DNA of 64,000 nucleotides from an uncultured Nitrososphaerales archaeon. GTDB lineage: Archaea > Thermoproteota > Nitrososphaeria > Nitrososphaerales > Nitrososphaeraceae. Position numbers and translations under genes: made by a program. A model generated the notes under the pieces. That model searched no databases. It saw nothing but the letters and a program-made list of their open reading frames with translations, and was not told where the DNA came from. How positions within the stretch are numbered: the first letter of the stretch is position 1; each line of letters starts with the position of its first letter. Where the stretch lies: the NCBI GenBank assembly GCA_963841565.1, contig CAWJCY010000006.1, forward strand, positions 256,001 to 320,000, given 5' to 3'. Positions 22,046 through 32,551 of this stretch are shown piece by piece.

Positions 22046-22174
22046 CTTAAATAATCACATCAAGGATTCTGAATAGGTGATTTTAAGTTTATGCTAACAG
22101 TAGGTATCTTAGATGCTTCCTACGCATATTATTTGAATAGCAAAAACGAAGGCGAAAGCTAATAAGGTATAAAG

Positions 22175-24370
22175 ATGAGTAAAGTTCTAGGTATCTTCGT
22201 GAGCCAGAATACACTCTCGCTAAAAGTACTTGAAGCTTATACTAGAGACGTTGGCAGGGGAGTAGCTCGTATTGATTATGACTCGATGGATTCTCTCACC
22301 GCTTCTACAGGAGATGTTATCGAGATTAGAGGCAAACGTCGAACGGTGGCAAAGTGTTTACCGCTGTACCCCTCTGATGAAGGTAAGGGAATAATTCGTG
22401 TTGATGGTCTTGTACGTAATAATGCAGGTGTTGCTATAGGTGATACAGTAGTTGTAAGAAAGATAAAGGCAGTTCCAGCTGAAAAGGTAATAGTAGCACC
22501 GCTTGAAGCAATTCCACCTATTGATGAAAGGTATCTTGCAGATGCACTTGAAAGTGTACCTCTGATCAAAGGCGATAATGTCATGGTTCCATATTTTGGT
22601 GGAAGACTTACTTTCCAGGTTATCGGGGTTACACCAGCCGGTAGTGATGCAGTGTTGGTCACTCAAAAGACTGTCTTCCACATAGCCGAGAAGGGTGAGA
22701 CATTAAGGGGAGTGCCACAAGTTACCTACGAAGACATAGGTGGCTTGAAGGACGAGATTCAAAAAGTACGTGAGATGATTGAGCTTCCTTTAAGACATCC
22801 AGAGATATTTGAGAAATTAGGAATTGAAGCTCCTAAAGGTGTGCTTCTATTTGGACCCCCTGGAACTGGTAAGACACTGTTGGCAAAAGCTGTCGCCAAT
22901 GAAAGTAATGCTCACTTTATCAGTATATCAGGACCTGAAATAATGAGTAAATTCTATGGAGAATCTGAAGCACGTTTAAGGGAAATCTTTAAGGAAGCGA
23001 AGGAGAAGTCACCTTCGATAATATTCATTGATGAGATAGATTCAATCGCACCAAAGAGAGAAGAGGTAACTGGTGAGGTGGAACGACGAGTTGTCTCTCA
23101 ATTACTTTCATTGATGGATGGTTTAGAAGCTAGAGGAAAGGTTATAGTCATTGCTGCAACCAATAGGCCAAATGCCATAGATCCAGCATTACGCAGACCA
23201 GGTAGATTTGACAGAGAAATTGAGATCAAAGTTCCTGACAAACGAGGTAGACTGGAGATATTACAGATTCATACACGGAATATGCCTCTGGATACTGATG
23301 TAGATCAAGATAAGATTGCTGGTGTAACTCATGGATTTGTAGGTGCAGATCTTGAATATTTGTGTAAAGAAGCAGCTATGAAGTGTTTGAGAAGACTTCT
23401 ACCTGAACTCAACATGGAGGATGAAAAACTTGCTCCAGAGGTTCTAAATAAACTAGTAGTTACTATGGCTGATTTTGAAAACGCTGTAAAGGAAGTCATG
23501 CCATCTGCAATGAGGGAAGTATACCTGGAATCTCCAGATGTTCCATGGACTGACATAGGGGGATTAGATGACGTTAAGCGGGAATTACAAGAGGCTGTAG
23601 AATGGCCACTTCGCTATCCTGACCTCTATACGAAGTTGGGCCACACCATGCCTAAAGGATTACTGATGTATGGACCTTCAGGTACGGGGAAAACCTTGTT
23701 GGCGAAAGCTGTAGCCACAGAATCGGAAGCCAATTTCATTAGCGTTCGAGGTCCAGAATTGCTTAGCAAGTGGGTAGGAGAATCCGAAAGAGGTATACGT
23801 GAAATATTTAGAAGAGCTAGACAAGCATCTCCATGCGTGGTATTTTTTGATGAGATTGATTCAATTGTACCAACGCGTGGTATGGGCGGAGACAGCATGG
23901 TCACTGAAAGAGTGGTATCTCAATTGCTGACTGAATTGGATGGTATACAAACCTTATCGGGGGTCGTGGTTTTAGCGGCAACAAATAGGTCAGACATGAT
24001 AGATCCGGCATTGTTGAGACCAGGACGATTTGATAAAATAGTATTCGTTCCCATGCCTGATAAACTTGCTAGACAAAAGATACTTGAAATTCATTCGAAG
24101 GATAAACCAATAGATCCAGATATAGATTTGAGCAAGATCTCTGATCTTACGGATGGCTTCAGCGGAGCAGATACGGGCTCGGTAACAAACACCGCTGTTT
24201 CATTAGTACTACATGAATACTTAGCTAGATACCCGACACCTGAAGAGGCTGCTAAACACGTAGCAGAGGCTCATGTGATGATGCGTCACTTTGAAGAGGC
24301 AGTGAAGAAAATCAAAGCTCAACGTGAGGGAAAACCGGGGGAAAGAGTTACGGTTCCATATTATCGATAA
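22175..24370 (+). CDS. cdc48: CDC48/VCP-family AAA+ ATPase (likely start GTG at 22199)
   Basis: N-domain [10 protein letters not shown]; two AAA modules GPPGTGKT and [19 protein letters not shown]. Confidence 0.96.
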   Translation: MSKVLGIFVSQNTLSLKVLEAYTRDVGRGVARIDYDSMDSLTASTGDVIEIRGKRRTVAKCLPLYPSDEGKGIIRVDGLVRNNAGVAIGDTVVVRKIKAVPAEKVIVAPLEAIPPIDERYLADALESVPLIKGDNVMVPYFGGRLTFQVIGVTPAGSDAVLVTQKTVFHIAEKGETLRGVPQVTYEDIGGLKDEIQKVREMIELPLRHPEIFEKLGIEAPKGVLLFGPPGTGKTLLAKAVANESNAHFISISGPEIMSKFYGESEARLREIFKEAKEKSPSIIFIDEIDSIAPKREEVTGEVERRVVSQLLSLMDGLEARGKVIVIAATNRPNAIDPALRRPGRFDREIEIKVPDKRGRLEILQIHTRNMPLDTDVDQDKIAGVTHGFVGADLEYLCKEAAMKCLRRLLPELNMEDEKLAPEVLNKLVVTMADFENAVKEVMPSAMREVYLESPDVPWTDIGGLDDVKRELQEAVEWPLRYPDLYTKLGHTMPKGLLMYGPSGTGKTLLAKAVATESEANFISVRGPELLSKWVGESERGIREIFRRARQASPCVVFFDEIDSIVPTRGMGGDSMVTERVVSQLLTELDGIQTLSGVVVLAATNRSDMIDPALLRPGRFDKIVFVPMPDKLARQKILEIHSKDKPIDPDIDLSKISDLTDGFSGADTGSVTNTAVSLVLHEYLARYPTPEEAAKHVAEAHVMMRHFEEAVKKIKAQREGKPGERVTVPYYR

Positions 24371-24714
24371 TATCGATACTTACTATGGTAAATCCCTCAA
24401 AATCAGCATGTTGAATTCAAACAGGCGTCAGGCTACCGTAAATTTTCATCTATTGCATTATATTGGGAAGATGATACCCCGATAGTCGGCATGGTAATGC
24501 AATTTGTATGAATTTTCCTTTTGACTTACGCGAAGGAGCATGCAGCAACAGTAGTCTATGTACAACCTATCACAATCAATTGAAGAAAGTGCGTTCCTTT
24601 TGCCTTGGTGATGCATCTTGTAAATAGGGGAAATATTAATACTCGAATCCGTCCTAGACTAAATGGAGCAATGTTTTTAAGTTATATGATTTACCGTTAA
24701 CTAACAAAAAAGAA

Positions 24715-26064
24715 TTGGTGGAAAATTCGCAACTTCAGTTAACAAAAAAACTAAATCTAACAACACATCGCATCAATCATTTTGCAGAACCCAATGATAT
24801 TGAGAGGCTCGCTATACGTTATGGCACTCCTCTGTACATTATCGATGAAAGTACCCTACATAAGAAGGTGCGTGATCTTCGAAACGCTTACTCTAAGTTC
24901 AATGGGCATGTGAAGCTTGCATATTCGGTAAAGGCAAATTTCACTCCCGCTATTTTAATCGCTTTCATTAGAGACGGAGTCACTTTCGACATTACTTCGT
25001 TAGGAGAGCTGCACTTCCTAAGAAGATGCAAGGCACCCCCTGAAAATATAATATATACTAGCGTTACCGAAGAATTTCAAGAATACTATGAAGTGTTGCA
25101 AGCGGGGATAAAAAAGGTTGTAGTTAGCTCCTTTAGCGGTATGACTAATTTGGCCAAAGCAGCGCAAGAGCTCGCTGTCAAACCTCTGACATTGATCAGA
25201 GTTAATCCAGAGGTTGGTGTGAAAGCAGAGATACGTGCCTCATATAGGAATGGAAAATTCGGTGTTCCTTTTAATGGCGGCACCATCGACAGTGCTACAA
25301 AAATGGTCAAGCATCTTATGGATAATGATTTGCTGCTTTTTGAGGGATTTCATTTCCATCTCGGATCTCAAATCACAGATTTCTCTTGTTTTATCCATGC
25401 TATAGATAAAATGCACAACTTTATGACAAAGATGAAAAAAGAGTTTCCGAAATTTACCGCTAATACGTTAGACATAGGTGGAGGTACCCCAGTATATTAT
25501 AACGAGTCTGTGCCAACTCCTTCACAAATGGCAGACAGTTACGTGCCAAGGCTCAACAGATTGATCCAATCACATGGACCATTTGATCTTTTGATTGAAA
25601 GCGGAAGATATCTTGTTGCAGAATCATCCATGCTAATATCAAAGATAGTAAACACAAAGGAGTATAATGAACAAAAAATAGTAATAGTGGATACAGGGTA
25701 CCATCTTTTATTAGATGCGGCGCTTCTAAAGCAAGAGTACCCACAAGAAACAGTATTCACGCTAGGCTCTAGCAATGAACAAGACCGTAGTACAAGTGAT
25801 AAAAGCATTCACTTGGCGGGTCGACTGTGCGATACATATGATGTATTTCCCCAATCTAAGGCTTCTGATCTTACTGGTGCAAGGAGTGGTAGATATGTTT
25901 CATTTTACAACGTAGGTGCGTATTCTGTCGTCTTCAATATGCCTTTCCATTGCCAGACGAAACCTTCCATTGTAATGAAGACCATCAACGGCGAATACAA
26001 GTTAGTTAGAAGAGGAACCTCATATGAACAATTGTTTATCGACGAGGGTGGAAGCCTAATCTAA
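24715..26064 (+). CDS. Fold-type III PLP decarboxylase (diaminopimelate/ornithine/arginine decarboxylase family)
   Basis: YGTPLY, YSVKAN (PLP Lys), HFHLGSQ, DIGGG, ESGRYLV, GRLCDTYD and VGAY motifs; substrate uncertain. Confidence 0.85.
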   Translation: MVENSQLQLTKKLNLTTHRINHFAEPNDIERLAIRYGTPLYIIDESTLHKKVRDLRNAYSKFNGHVKLAYSVKANFTPAILIAFIRDGVTFDITSLGELHFLRRCKAPPENIIYTSVTEEFQEYYEVLQAGIKKVVVSSFSGMTNLAKAAQELAVKPLTLIRVNPEVGVKAEIRASYRNGKFGVPFNGGTIDSATKMVKHLMDNDLLLFEGFHFHLGSQITDFSCFIHAIDKMHNFMTKMKKEFPKFTANTLDIGGGTPVYYNESVPTPSQMADSYVPRLNRLIQSHGPFDLLIESGRYLVAESSMLISKIVNTKEYNEQKIVIVDTGYHLLLDAALLKQEYPQETVFTLGSSNEQDRSTSDKSIHLAGRLCDTYDVFPQSKASDLTGARSGRYVSFYNVGAYSVVFNMPFHCQTKPSIVMKTINGEYKLVRRGTSYEQLFIDEGGSLI

Positions 26065-26131
26065 TGTGCCGCTATAACAACAGGGATGAAATGTGCCCTG
26101 ATGTACCTGTCATGGATTATTCATTAGTACA

Positions 26132-26440
26132 ATGAACGACTTGGACCGGAATAAGAATTGCCAAATTAAGATCAGAGCACATATCGTAGTTAGAGGTAAG
26201 GTACAAGGAGTTTATTTCAGACAGAATGCTCAGCGCATTTGTAATGAATATGGAGTTACAGGTTGGGTACTCAACGTGGATGATGGTAGCGTTGAGGCGA
26301 TCCTCGAGGGTGACAAGAATTCTGTTGAAGATGCAATTAGTTGGTTTAGGGTGGGGCCTCCGGATGCTCACGTAGAAAAGATTGAACTGAGCTATGATAG
26401 GTACTCAGGGGAATTTGAAGATTTCAAGATAAGCTACTAG
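26132..26440 (+). CDS. acyP: Acylphosphatase
   Basis: VRGKVQGVYFR, GWVLN..DGSVEA and GPP.A.V motifs. Confidence 0.93.
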   Translation: MNDLDRNKNCQIKIRAHIVVRGKVQGVYFRQNAQRICNEYGVTGWVLNVDDGSVEAILEGDKNSVEDAISWFRVGPPDAHVEKIELSYDRYSGEFEDFKISY

Positions 26441-26571
26441 GCGCGCCTTTCATGATCTCAGATCTAAACATCCCCTTTCATCTCAGTAGAAAGAAGTTGA
26501 TAGAGCTAAAAAATTCGAAGTTCATGTGTCAAATCAACATAGTCAAATAACCTACTCCCTCATTTACGATT

Positions 26572-27351
26572 TTGAAACTATCCACCCAACTACATAAAGT
26601 AATGGAAGAGGAATTGAAAGATGCTTTAGGAGACGAGAAATCAGTAGCGGTAGCCTTCTCTGGTGGACTTGATAGCTCAGTGCTTGCAAAGATGTGCAGA
26701 GATTTGAATAGGTCAGTGACATTATTGACGGTGGGATTTGAGGGTTCACACGATATGATCTTTTCTGAGATTGTTGCTTCCCAGCTATTGTTCCCTCATA
26801 AGAAACATATTATCCAACAGGATGAATTCTATGAAAACCTCAATAGGGTAAAACGGAGAATCAATTGCGGAATTGCGTCACATTTGGAAAACTGTATTGC
26901 CTATTTATTTGTAGCTCGTTTGGCTAAAGAAAATGGTTTCAATACAGTACTGACTGCGAATGGAATAGACGAACTTTTCTGTGGCTACAATCAATATCGA
27001 TTTGTATATAAATATGGTAAATCTAGTATTATGGAACTTATGCACGGGAAGATTCTAAATGAATTGTTACTAATGAAGGAAATTGCAAAAGTAGCCTCTT
27101 CCTACGGAGTAACTATCAAAAAACCGTTTCTGTCAGAGAAGTTCATCGATTTTGCAAACACAATTCCAATCGACGAGAAAATAAAGAGCGAAGATGATAT
27201 GCTTAGGAAACACATCATACGTAGGCTTGCAAGAGATATGGGAGTACCACAGAAAGCTGCTCTGAAACCCAAAAAGGCATTGCAGTATGGCTCTTTGATT
27301 CACAAATATTTTATTAAGCAGAAACATCACGATCAACGCGAATGTCTTTAG
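26572..27351 (+). CDS. Asparagine-synthase C-terminal-like PP-loop protein (no glutaminase domain)
   Basis: AFSGGLDSS, NGIDELFCGY, PFL, RKHIIR and KKALQYGS motifs. Confidence 0.85.
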   Translation: MKLSTQLHKVMEEELKDALGDEKSVAVAFSGGLDSSVLAKMCRDLNRSVTLLTVGFEGSHDMIFSEIVASQLLFPHKKHIIQQDEFYENLNRVKRRINCGIASHLENCIAYLFVARLAKENGFNTVLTANGIDELFCGYNQYRFVYKYGKSSIMELMHGKILNELLLMKEIAKVASSYGVTIKKPFLSEKFIDFANTIPIDEKIKSEDDMLRKHIIRRLARDMGVPQKAALKPKKALQYGSLIHKYFIKQKHHDQRECL

Positions 27352-27382
27352 GCTTTCGACCAACGGATGCAGGGGTCTTATT

Positions 27383-28765
27383 TTAAGATGGCTGAGCATA
27401 TTTGAGCTGTGCATTATGGACCATTTTTGCTATGTTTTGAATTATAGTTGTCGATGCTGAAAGATGATTACTTGGCTCAAAAATGTCAATTAATTCTTCG
27501 GATGTCAAACGTTTTCCCAATTCTGAATCATTTCGAATGGCGTCGAGAAATGACTGATTATTTTCGATTGCTGAGAAGGCAACTCTCTGTATGTCTCGAT
27601 AAGCGTCAAATCGAGGAATCCCTTTCTTTATGAATTGGTCTAACACGAATTCTGCGTGGATTTGGCCATTTGTCATTTTCAAGTTCGAAATAATTCTATC
27701 TTTGTGAATCACCAAATTGGTGAGGATATTTATCATTAAATTTAACATTTCATCCAATAGAATAGCTGTCATAGGAATCGTAAATCTTTCGTTGGCTGAG
27801 TTTGACAAATCACGTTCGTGCCATAGAGAAACGTTTTCCATTGCAACACCTACCAGCGCTCGCAAAAGTCTGGATAAAGATGAAATCCTCTCGCTTTTTA
27901 TGGGATTGCGTTTAACTGGAACCGCGCTACTTCCTATCTGACCTCTTTTGAAGTGTTCAGAAACTTCTCCAATTTCTGTTCTCTGCAAATTTCTGATTTC
28001 AACTGCCATTCTGTCCAAGGTCGCTCCTACAAGAGCAAGGACAAACTGAGCTTCTGCATATCGTTCCCGAGGGACTACTTGGGTTGCAGCGTCGACTGGA
28101 AATAAACCCAGCCTGTCAGCGACTAATCTTTGCACTTCTAATGCATGGTTGCCCATCACAGATCCTGTTCCAACTACTCCTAGTGTCTTGCAAACCAGAA
28201 ATCGCTTTTTCCCCTCGTCAATTCTTTCCAAGTGTCGGACAATTTCTGATGCCCAGACAGCGAACTTAAGACCGAAAGCAATTACACTGGCATGCTGACC
28301 ATGAGTCCTACCAACTGCTGGCAAATCTTTGAATTGCAGAGCTCGCTCCGATAAGACCCTTGCTAACTTAAGTAATTTGTTTTCGATAATCTTTAACGAG
28401 TCCTTTAGTTGCAAAGATGTACTTGTATCTACTATATCGCTACTCGTTAAGCCATAGTGTACCCATGGTTTAGCTATCTCTGAACATTCTTCAGCAACTG
28501 ATTCTACGAATGCAGCAGTATCATGTTCACTAATCGACTCCAACTCCTTTATCCGTTTCAAGCTTATTCTATTAGAATTCGCGACATCTGCAATTTCCTT
28601 GGAGGCATTTTTTGGGATCACTCCTAATTCGCCTTGTGCCATAGCAACTTCTGCTTCAAATTTCAACTGGTAGTCTAGCTTACGATTGTCATCAAATATC
28701 TCTCGAATTTCTTTGCTTCCATAGCGACCACTATCTAGGGGTAAAATAGGCATCAGTGATTGCAA
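27383..28765 (-). CDS. purB: Adenylosuccinate lyase
   Basis: RYGS, HYGLTSSD, GRTHGQHA, GSSAVPVKRNPI and WHERDLSNSANER motifs. Confidence 0.96.
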   Translation of the reverse strand: MQSLMPILPLDSGRYGSKEIREIFDDNRKLDYQLKFEAEVAMAQGELGVIPKNASKEIADVANSNRISLKRIKELESISEHDTAAFVESVAEECSEIAKPWVHYGLTSSDIVDTSTSLQLKDSLKIIENKLLKLARVLSERALQFKDLPAVGRTHGQHASVIAFGLKFAVWASEIVRHLERIDEGKKRFLVCKTLGVVGTGSVMGNHALEVQRLVADRLGLFPVDAATQVVPRERYAEAQFVLALVGATLDRMAVEIRNLQRTEIGEVSEHFKRGQIGSSAVPVKRNPIKSERISSLSRLLRALVGVAMENVSLWHERDLSNSANERFTIPMTAILLDEMLNLMINILTNLVIHKDRIISNLKMTNGQIHAEFVLDQFIKKGIPRFDAYRDIQRVAFSAIENNQSFLDAIRNDSELGKRLTSEELIDIFEPSNHLSASTTIIQNIAKMVHNAQLKYAQPS

Positions 28766-28909
28766 TTGATCTGAAATAATAAAATTGTTATGAAGTATCT
28801 TTCAGAATGAAACAGTACTTTTTGCTTTATACATTTTGAAAACACAGATGACTTAATACGTCACGCTTTTAATGTATTCGTTGATGCTTGTGGGTCACTC
28901 TATGATTTG

Positions 28910-28945
28910 AAAGCTTAATTATGGGATATGTGTCCTATCATAGGA
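28910..28945 (+). promoter_or_regulatory. glnA promoter: BRE/TATA-like box plus downstream palindrome (candidate operator)
   Basis: AAAGCTTAATTAT at about 28910-28922; TCCTAT-C-ATAGGA at 28933-28945, just before the TTG start. Confidence 0.55.
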
Positions 28946-28952
28946 TATTCCA

Positions 28953-30419
28953 TTGCCTTATAAAGTTACTGATGGTAAAATAGAACCTTTGTCATTTACC
29001 CCAAGCGAGGTTATGCGGAGATTAAGGGTTGATAAAATCAAATTCATTGATCTACAGTTTACTGGTTTAACAGGACGGTTTCATCATACTACTGTGGCCG
29101 CCAATATGTTTCGCGCTGAAGACTTCGAAGTTGGGCTTCCGAAAGTTGATGGATCATCGATACGTGGATTCACAGAAATACAGGAATCCGATTTAATAAT
29201 AATGCCTGATCCCTCTACATATGCTACTATCCCGTGGATTGAAAAAGATCAGACTGCCCGATTGATTTGCGATGTTATTAAAGGAGATTCTAGACGGGAT
29301 GCATTTGTCAGAGACCCCAGAGGAATTGCAGATAAAGCAGAGAAATATGTTCGTAAGAAAGGTTATGAATATTCTTACTGGGGCCCTGAAGTTGAATTTT
29401 TTGTTTTCGACAAACTTGAGGTAAATACGATGACTCCTTATCATGGTCAAAGCTATAAAATTACTTCCAGGGAATCACCATGGTCGGCGGAAGGCGCAGG
29501 TTACGCCCTTCGTTTAAAGGAAGGCTACCTTCCCAGTGCCCCAGGAGATAGTCTAATGGAGTTTCGAAATGAATGCGTAGATGTGCTGAGCAATAACTTT
29601 GGGATTGTTTGTGATGCACACCACCATGAGGTAGCAACTGCCGGTCAGTGTGAAATCGATATTCGATACGATACTCTGGTTAATTCCGCAGATTCGGTAC
29701 AAAGTTATAAATACATTGTGAAAAATGTAGCCAAGAAACATGGTATGATTGCTACAATGATGCCAAAACCTATTGCGTTGGATAATGGTTCGGGGATGCA
29801 TGTTAATGTAAGCCTGTGGAAAGATAACAGAAATCTATTCTTTGATGCTAATGATAAATATGCAGAAGTATCTGAGCTTGCGAGATATTTTGGAGGTGGA
29901 GTGCTAGACCATGCTCCTGCGTTGGCTGCCATAGTCGCTCCGACTACAAATTCATACCGTCGTTTAGTTCCAGGGTATGAAGCTCCCGTATACATCTCAT
30001 GGAGTACGGGAAACAGATCGGCCATAATTAGGATCCCTGCCCACTATAAAGGTGAAAGGTTCTCGGCGTATAAGCGACTTGAATTTAGGGCACCCGATCC
30101 TTCTTGTAATCCATACCTAGCTTTTTCAGCAATAATGGCCGCTGGATTTGATGGTATCAATAAGCATAGCTCAATAGGAGACCCAATTGGTGAGGATATT
30201 TTTAAAATGACCCCTAAAAGAAGAGCTGAACTTGGCATAAGACAACTGCCAACTAGTTTACGTGATGCTTGCGAGGAATTAAGGAGTGACAGAGAATTCC
30301 TGAAGCCGATATTTAGCGATGATACAATTGATTCGATCTTAGAACAAGAAATTAATGACTACAATGAGGTAGCTGTGAGACCTCATCCCCACGAATTTTC
30401 GATGTATGCCGATGTATGA
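28953..30419 (+). CDS. glnA: Glutamine synthetase type I
   Basis: DGSSIRGF, GPEVEFF, HHHEVATAGQCE, DNGSGMH, NSYRRLVPGYEAP, NRSA.IRIP and EFRAPDPSCNPYL motifs. Confidence 0.97.
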   Translation: MPYKVTDGKIEPLSFTPSEVMRRLRVDKIKFIDLQFTGLTGRFHHTTVAANMFRAEDFEVGLPKVDGSSIRGFTEIQESDLIIMPDPSTYATIPWIEKDQTARLICDVIKGDSRRDAFVRDPRGIADKAEKYVRKKGYEYSYWGPEVEFFVFDKLEVNTMTPYHGQSYKITSRESPWSAEGAGYALRLKEGYLPSAPGDSLMEFRNECVDVLSNNFGIVCDAHHHEVATAGQCEIDIRYDTLVNSADSVQSYKYIVKNVAKKHGMIATMMPKPIALDNGSGMHVNVSLWKDNRNLFFDANDKYAEVSELARYFGGGVLDHAPALAAIVAPTTNSYRRLVPGYEAPVYISWSTGNRSAIIRIPAHYKGERFSAYKRLEFRAPDPSCNPYLAFSAIMAAGFDGINKHSSIGDPIGEDIFKMTPKRRAELGIRQLPTSLRDACEELRSDREFLKPIFSDDTIDSILEQEINDYNEVAVRPHPHEFSMYADV

Positions 30420-30813
30420 TGATGATGATGTTGTTGTTGCTATAGACTGAAAAAACGCTCCTGTTAGAAAATATGGTATCAATCTAATATATTGCGCGGA
30501 GCTAGATTATTTTAATTGTCCAAGGTGTATATTTTTGAAAAAGTTTCTATTGATATCCAGTCTGATCTTAAGAATGAGAACAGGGTGTTAAGTGGGATTC
30601 TTATAGAAAGCATACCAGTCCAACTAAGGACCAGAAAATGATCAGATGACATGTAAACGAGTGACCTCAATTGTGACCTACACAAATTAATTGAGATCTA
30701 ACTCAAGCTGTAGACACCGAGAATAAGTCACATGATCACTTCTCACCGAAGTCTGAAGATGTAAAAATCAATAAAGGATCTAAAATTAATTTTATTAATT
30801 CAGTATTATGCCT

Positions 30814-32053
30814 TCATTTAAGTACTTTGAACTTTATACCTTGGCTCTTAAGCAGGTCTATGAGACGTCCCTCATGAGCGATATCTTCAACCTCTAGGCT
30901 TAAATAGACGCCTGCTGTTCCTGCAGAAATGTTAGAGCTTAGTCGATCATGTTCAACTTCGACAATATTCACACTCAAGCCCGCAATGCAGTCAACCACA
31001 TTCTTCAATGCCCCTGGTTTGTCTGGCAATTGAATAAATATTTTGAGCATTCTGCCCATATACATTAGACCCTTCGCCACAACCTGTCCCAATAGGTACA
31101 TGTCAACATTTCCACCAGATAAAAGTGCAATTACCCTTTCATTCCTTTTAGCGTAACCGTTGGACACAAGGTATGCTAAGCTCAGCTGCTCCAGCAGGTT
31201 CAACTACTAGTTTCGCTCGTTCCATTAACAGGAACATGGTCTTGACGATGGAGGTATCATCTACTAACACTATATCATCAACTAAGTTAGTAACTATTTC
31301 GTATGTCAACTCCCCCGGTGATTTCACTGAGATGCCGTCTGCTATCGTATAGCCTGAGTTAATGGTCTGCAATTTCCCTTTGGCAATGGATTCCTTCATT
31401 GAAGGAAATGCTTCCGATTCGACTCCAATGATCTTAACGTTGGGTCTCTTTGCCTTTACGGCGATAGCTACTCCCGCTGCCAATCCACCGCCCCCAATGG
31501 GCAAGTAGATCCTATCAAAATCATTCAAATCTTCAAGTAGCTCCAAACCGATTGTTCCTTGTCCGCATACTACCTGGTTATCGTTAAACGCGTGAACGAT
31601 GGCAAGTCTTTGCTCCTTTGCGATACGAACCGTTTCATCCCACGACGCCTCATAATTCTCGCCAGAAAGGATCACCCTTGCTCCATAAGACCGAGTTGCG
31701 GCGACTTTTGCCGGGGAGGCATTCCTGGGCATTACGATAGTACAACGAATATTCTCTTTAGAAGAAGCGTAGGCAAGGCCTTGGGCATGATTCCCTGCTG
31801 AAGCTGCGATTACCCCATTAGATCGCTCCTTGTCTGACAGAGAATTCAACTTTGTAAATGCACCTCTAACCTTAAATGATCCTGTCTTTTGTAAACACTC
31901 CAGCTTGAGGAATATGTCTGTACCTACCATCCTTGAAAACATATCAGATTTGTGTAGTGGAGTTTTTCTTATACTCATGTCCAGCGAAGTTCTAGCTGTG
32001 GATATATCCTCTATTGTGGGATGCCTATTGGTAGGGATATTTACGCCGTTCAT
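30814..32053 (-). CDS. ilvA: Threonine ammonia-lyase with C-terminal ACT domain; split by a +1 frameshift near 31183
   Basis: QKTGSFKVRG, ASAGNHAQG, IGGGGL and VEPAGAA continue in the next frame as SLAYL...LLSGGNVD...LPDKPGAL. Confidence 0.88.
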
Positions 32054-32551
32054 TTAGAATATGTTTATTGTTGCCCCCTCCCCCTTACTTATAATTTTGT
32101 GTTCGCAAGTTAATGTGAAGCCAATAAATACTCAATGTTACTAATTTTCAGGAAGGCTGAATTCTTGTTCTAGATTTACCCTACTCAACTACCAAAAAGT
32201 TACTGCGCCATATTGCTCCTTTTTATGTTTGCGAAAATTGTATGAATATTGTTGGCAGCATGTACACAGGGCATAGGCATGGGAATGTTGATTGTTCCAA
32301 TAATAAGGTGCGCTGTCTGGCGACATTTGGGAAATCTTTGGTTGTGAAGAATCGCGAGTAATTCTCAAGGGAACATTGTTTAATGTAATTTCATCAATAA
32401 CGTCCCAAATCAGTATTAACGTGGCATGGACATATATTAGCAATTACCCGATTTCTCTCTACAGAACACACACTTAGTATCTATGGAATGTTAGGTGCTT
32501 AGGACAAAGGAACGTTTAATAGACCTCCAGCAAAATTTTCTGACTGAATAG

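Noticed and set aside
28924-28935. NrpR operator at glnA
   Set aside because: GGA-N6-TCC is shorter than the canonical GGAA-N6-TTCC; reported only as an unassigned motif
30417-30440. (GAT)n(GTT)n microsatellite after glnA
   Set aside because: Short low-complexity tract with no functional evidence
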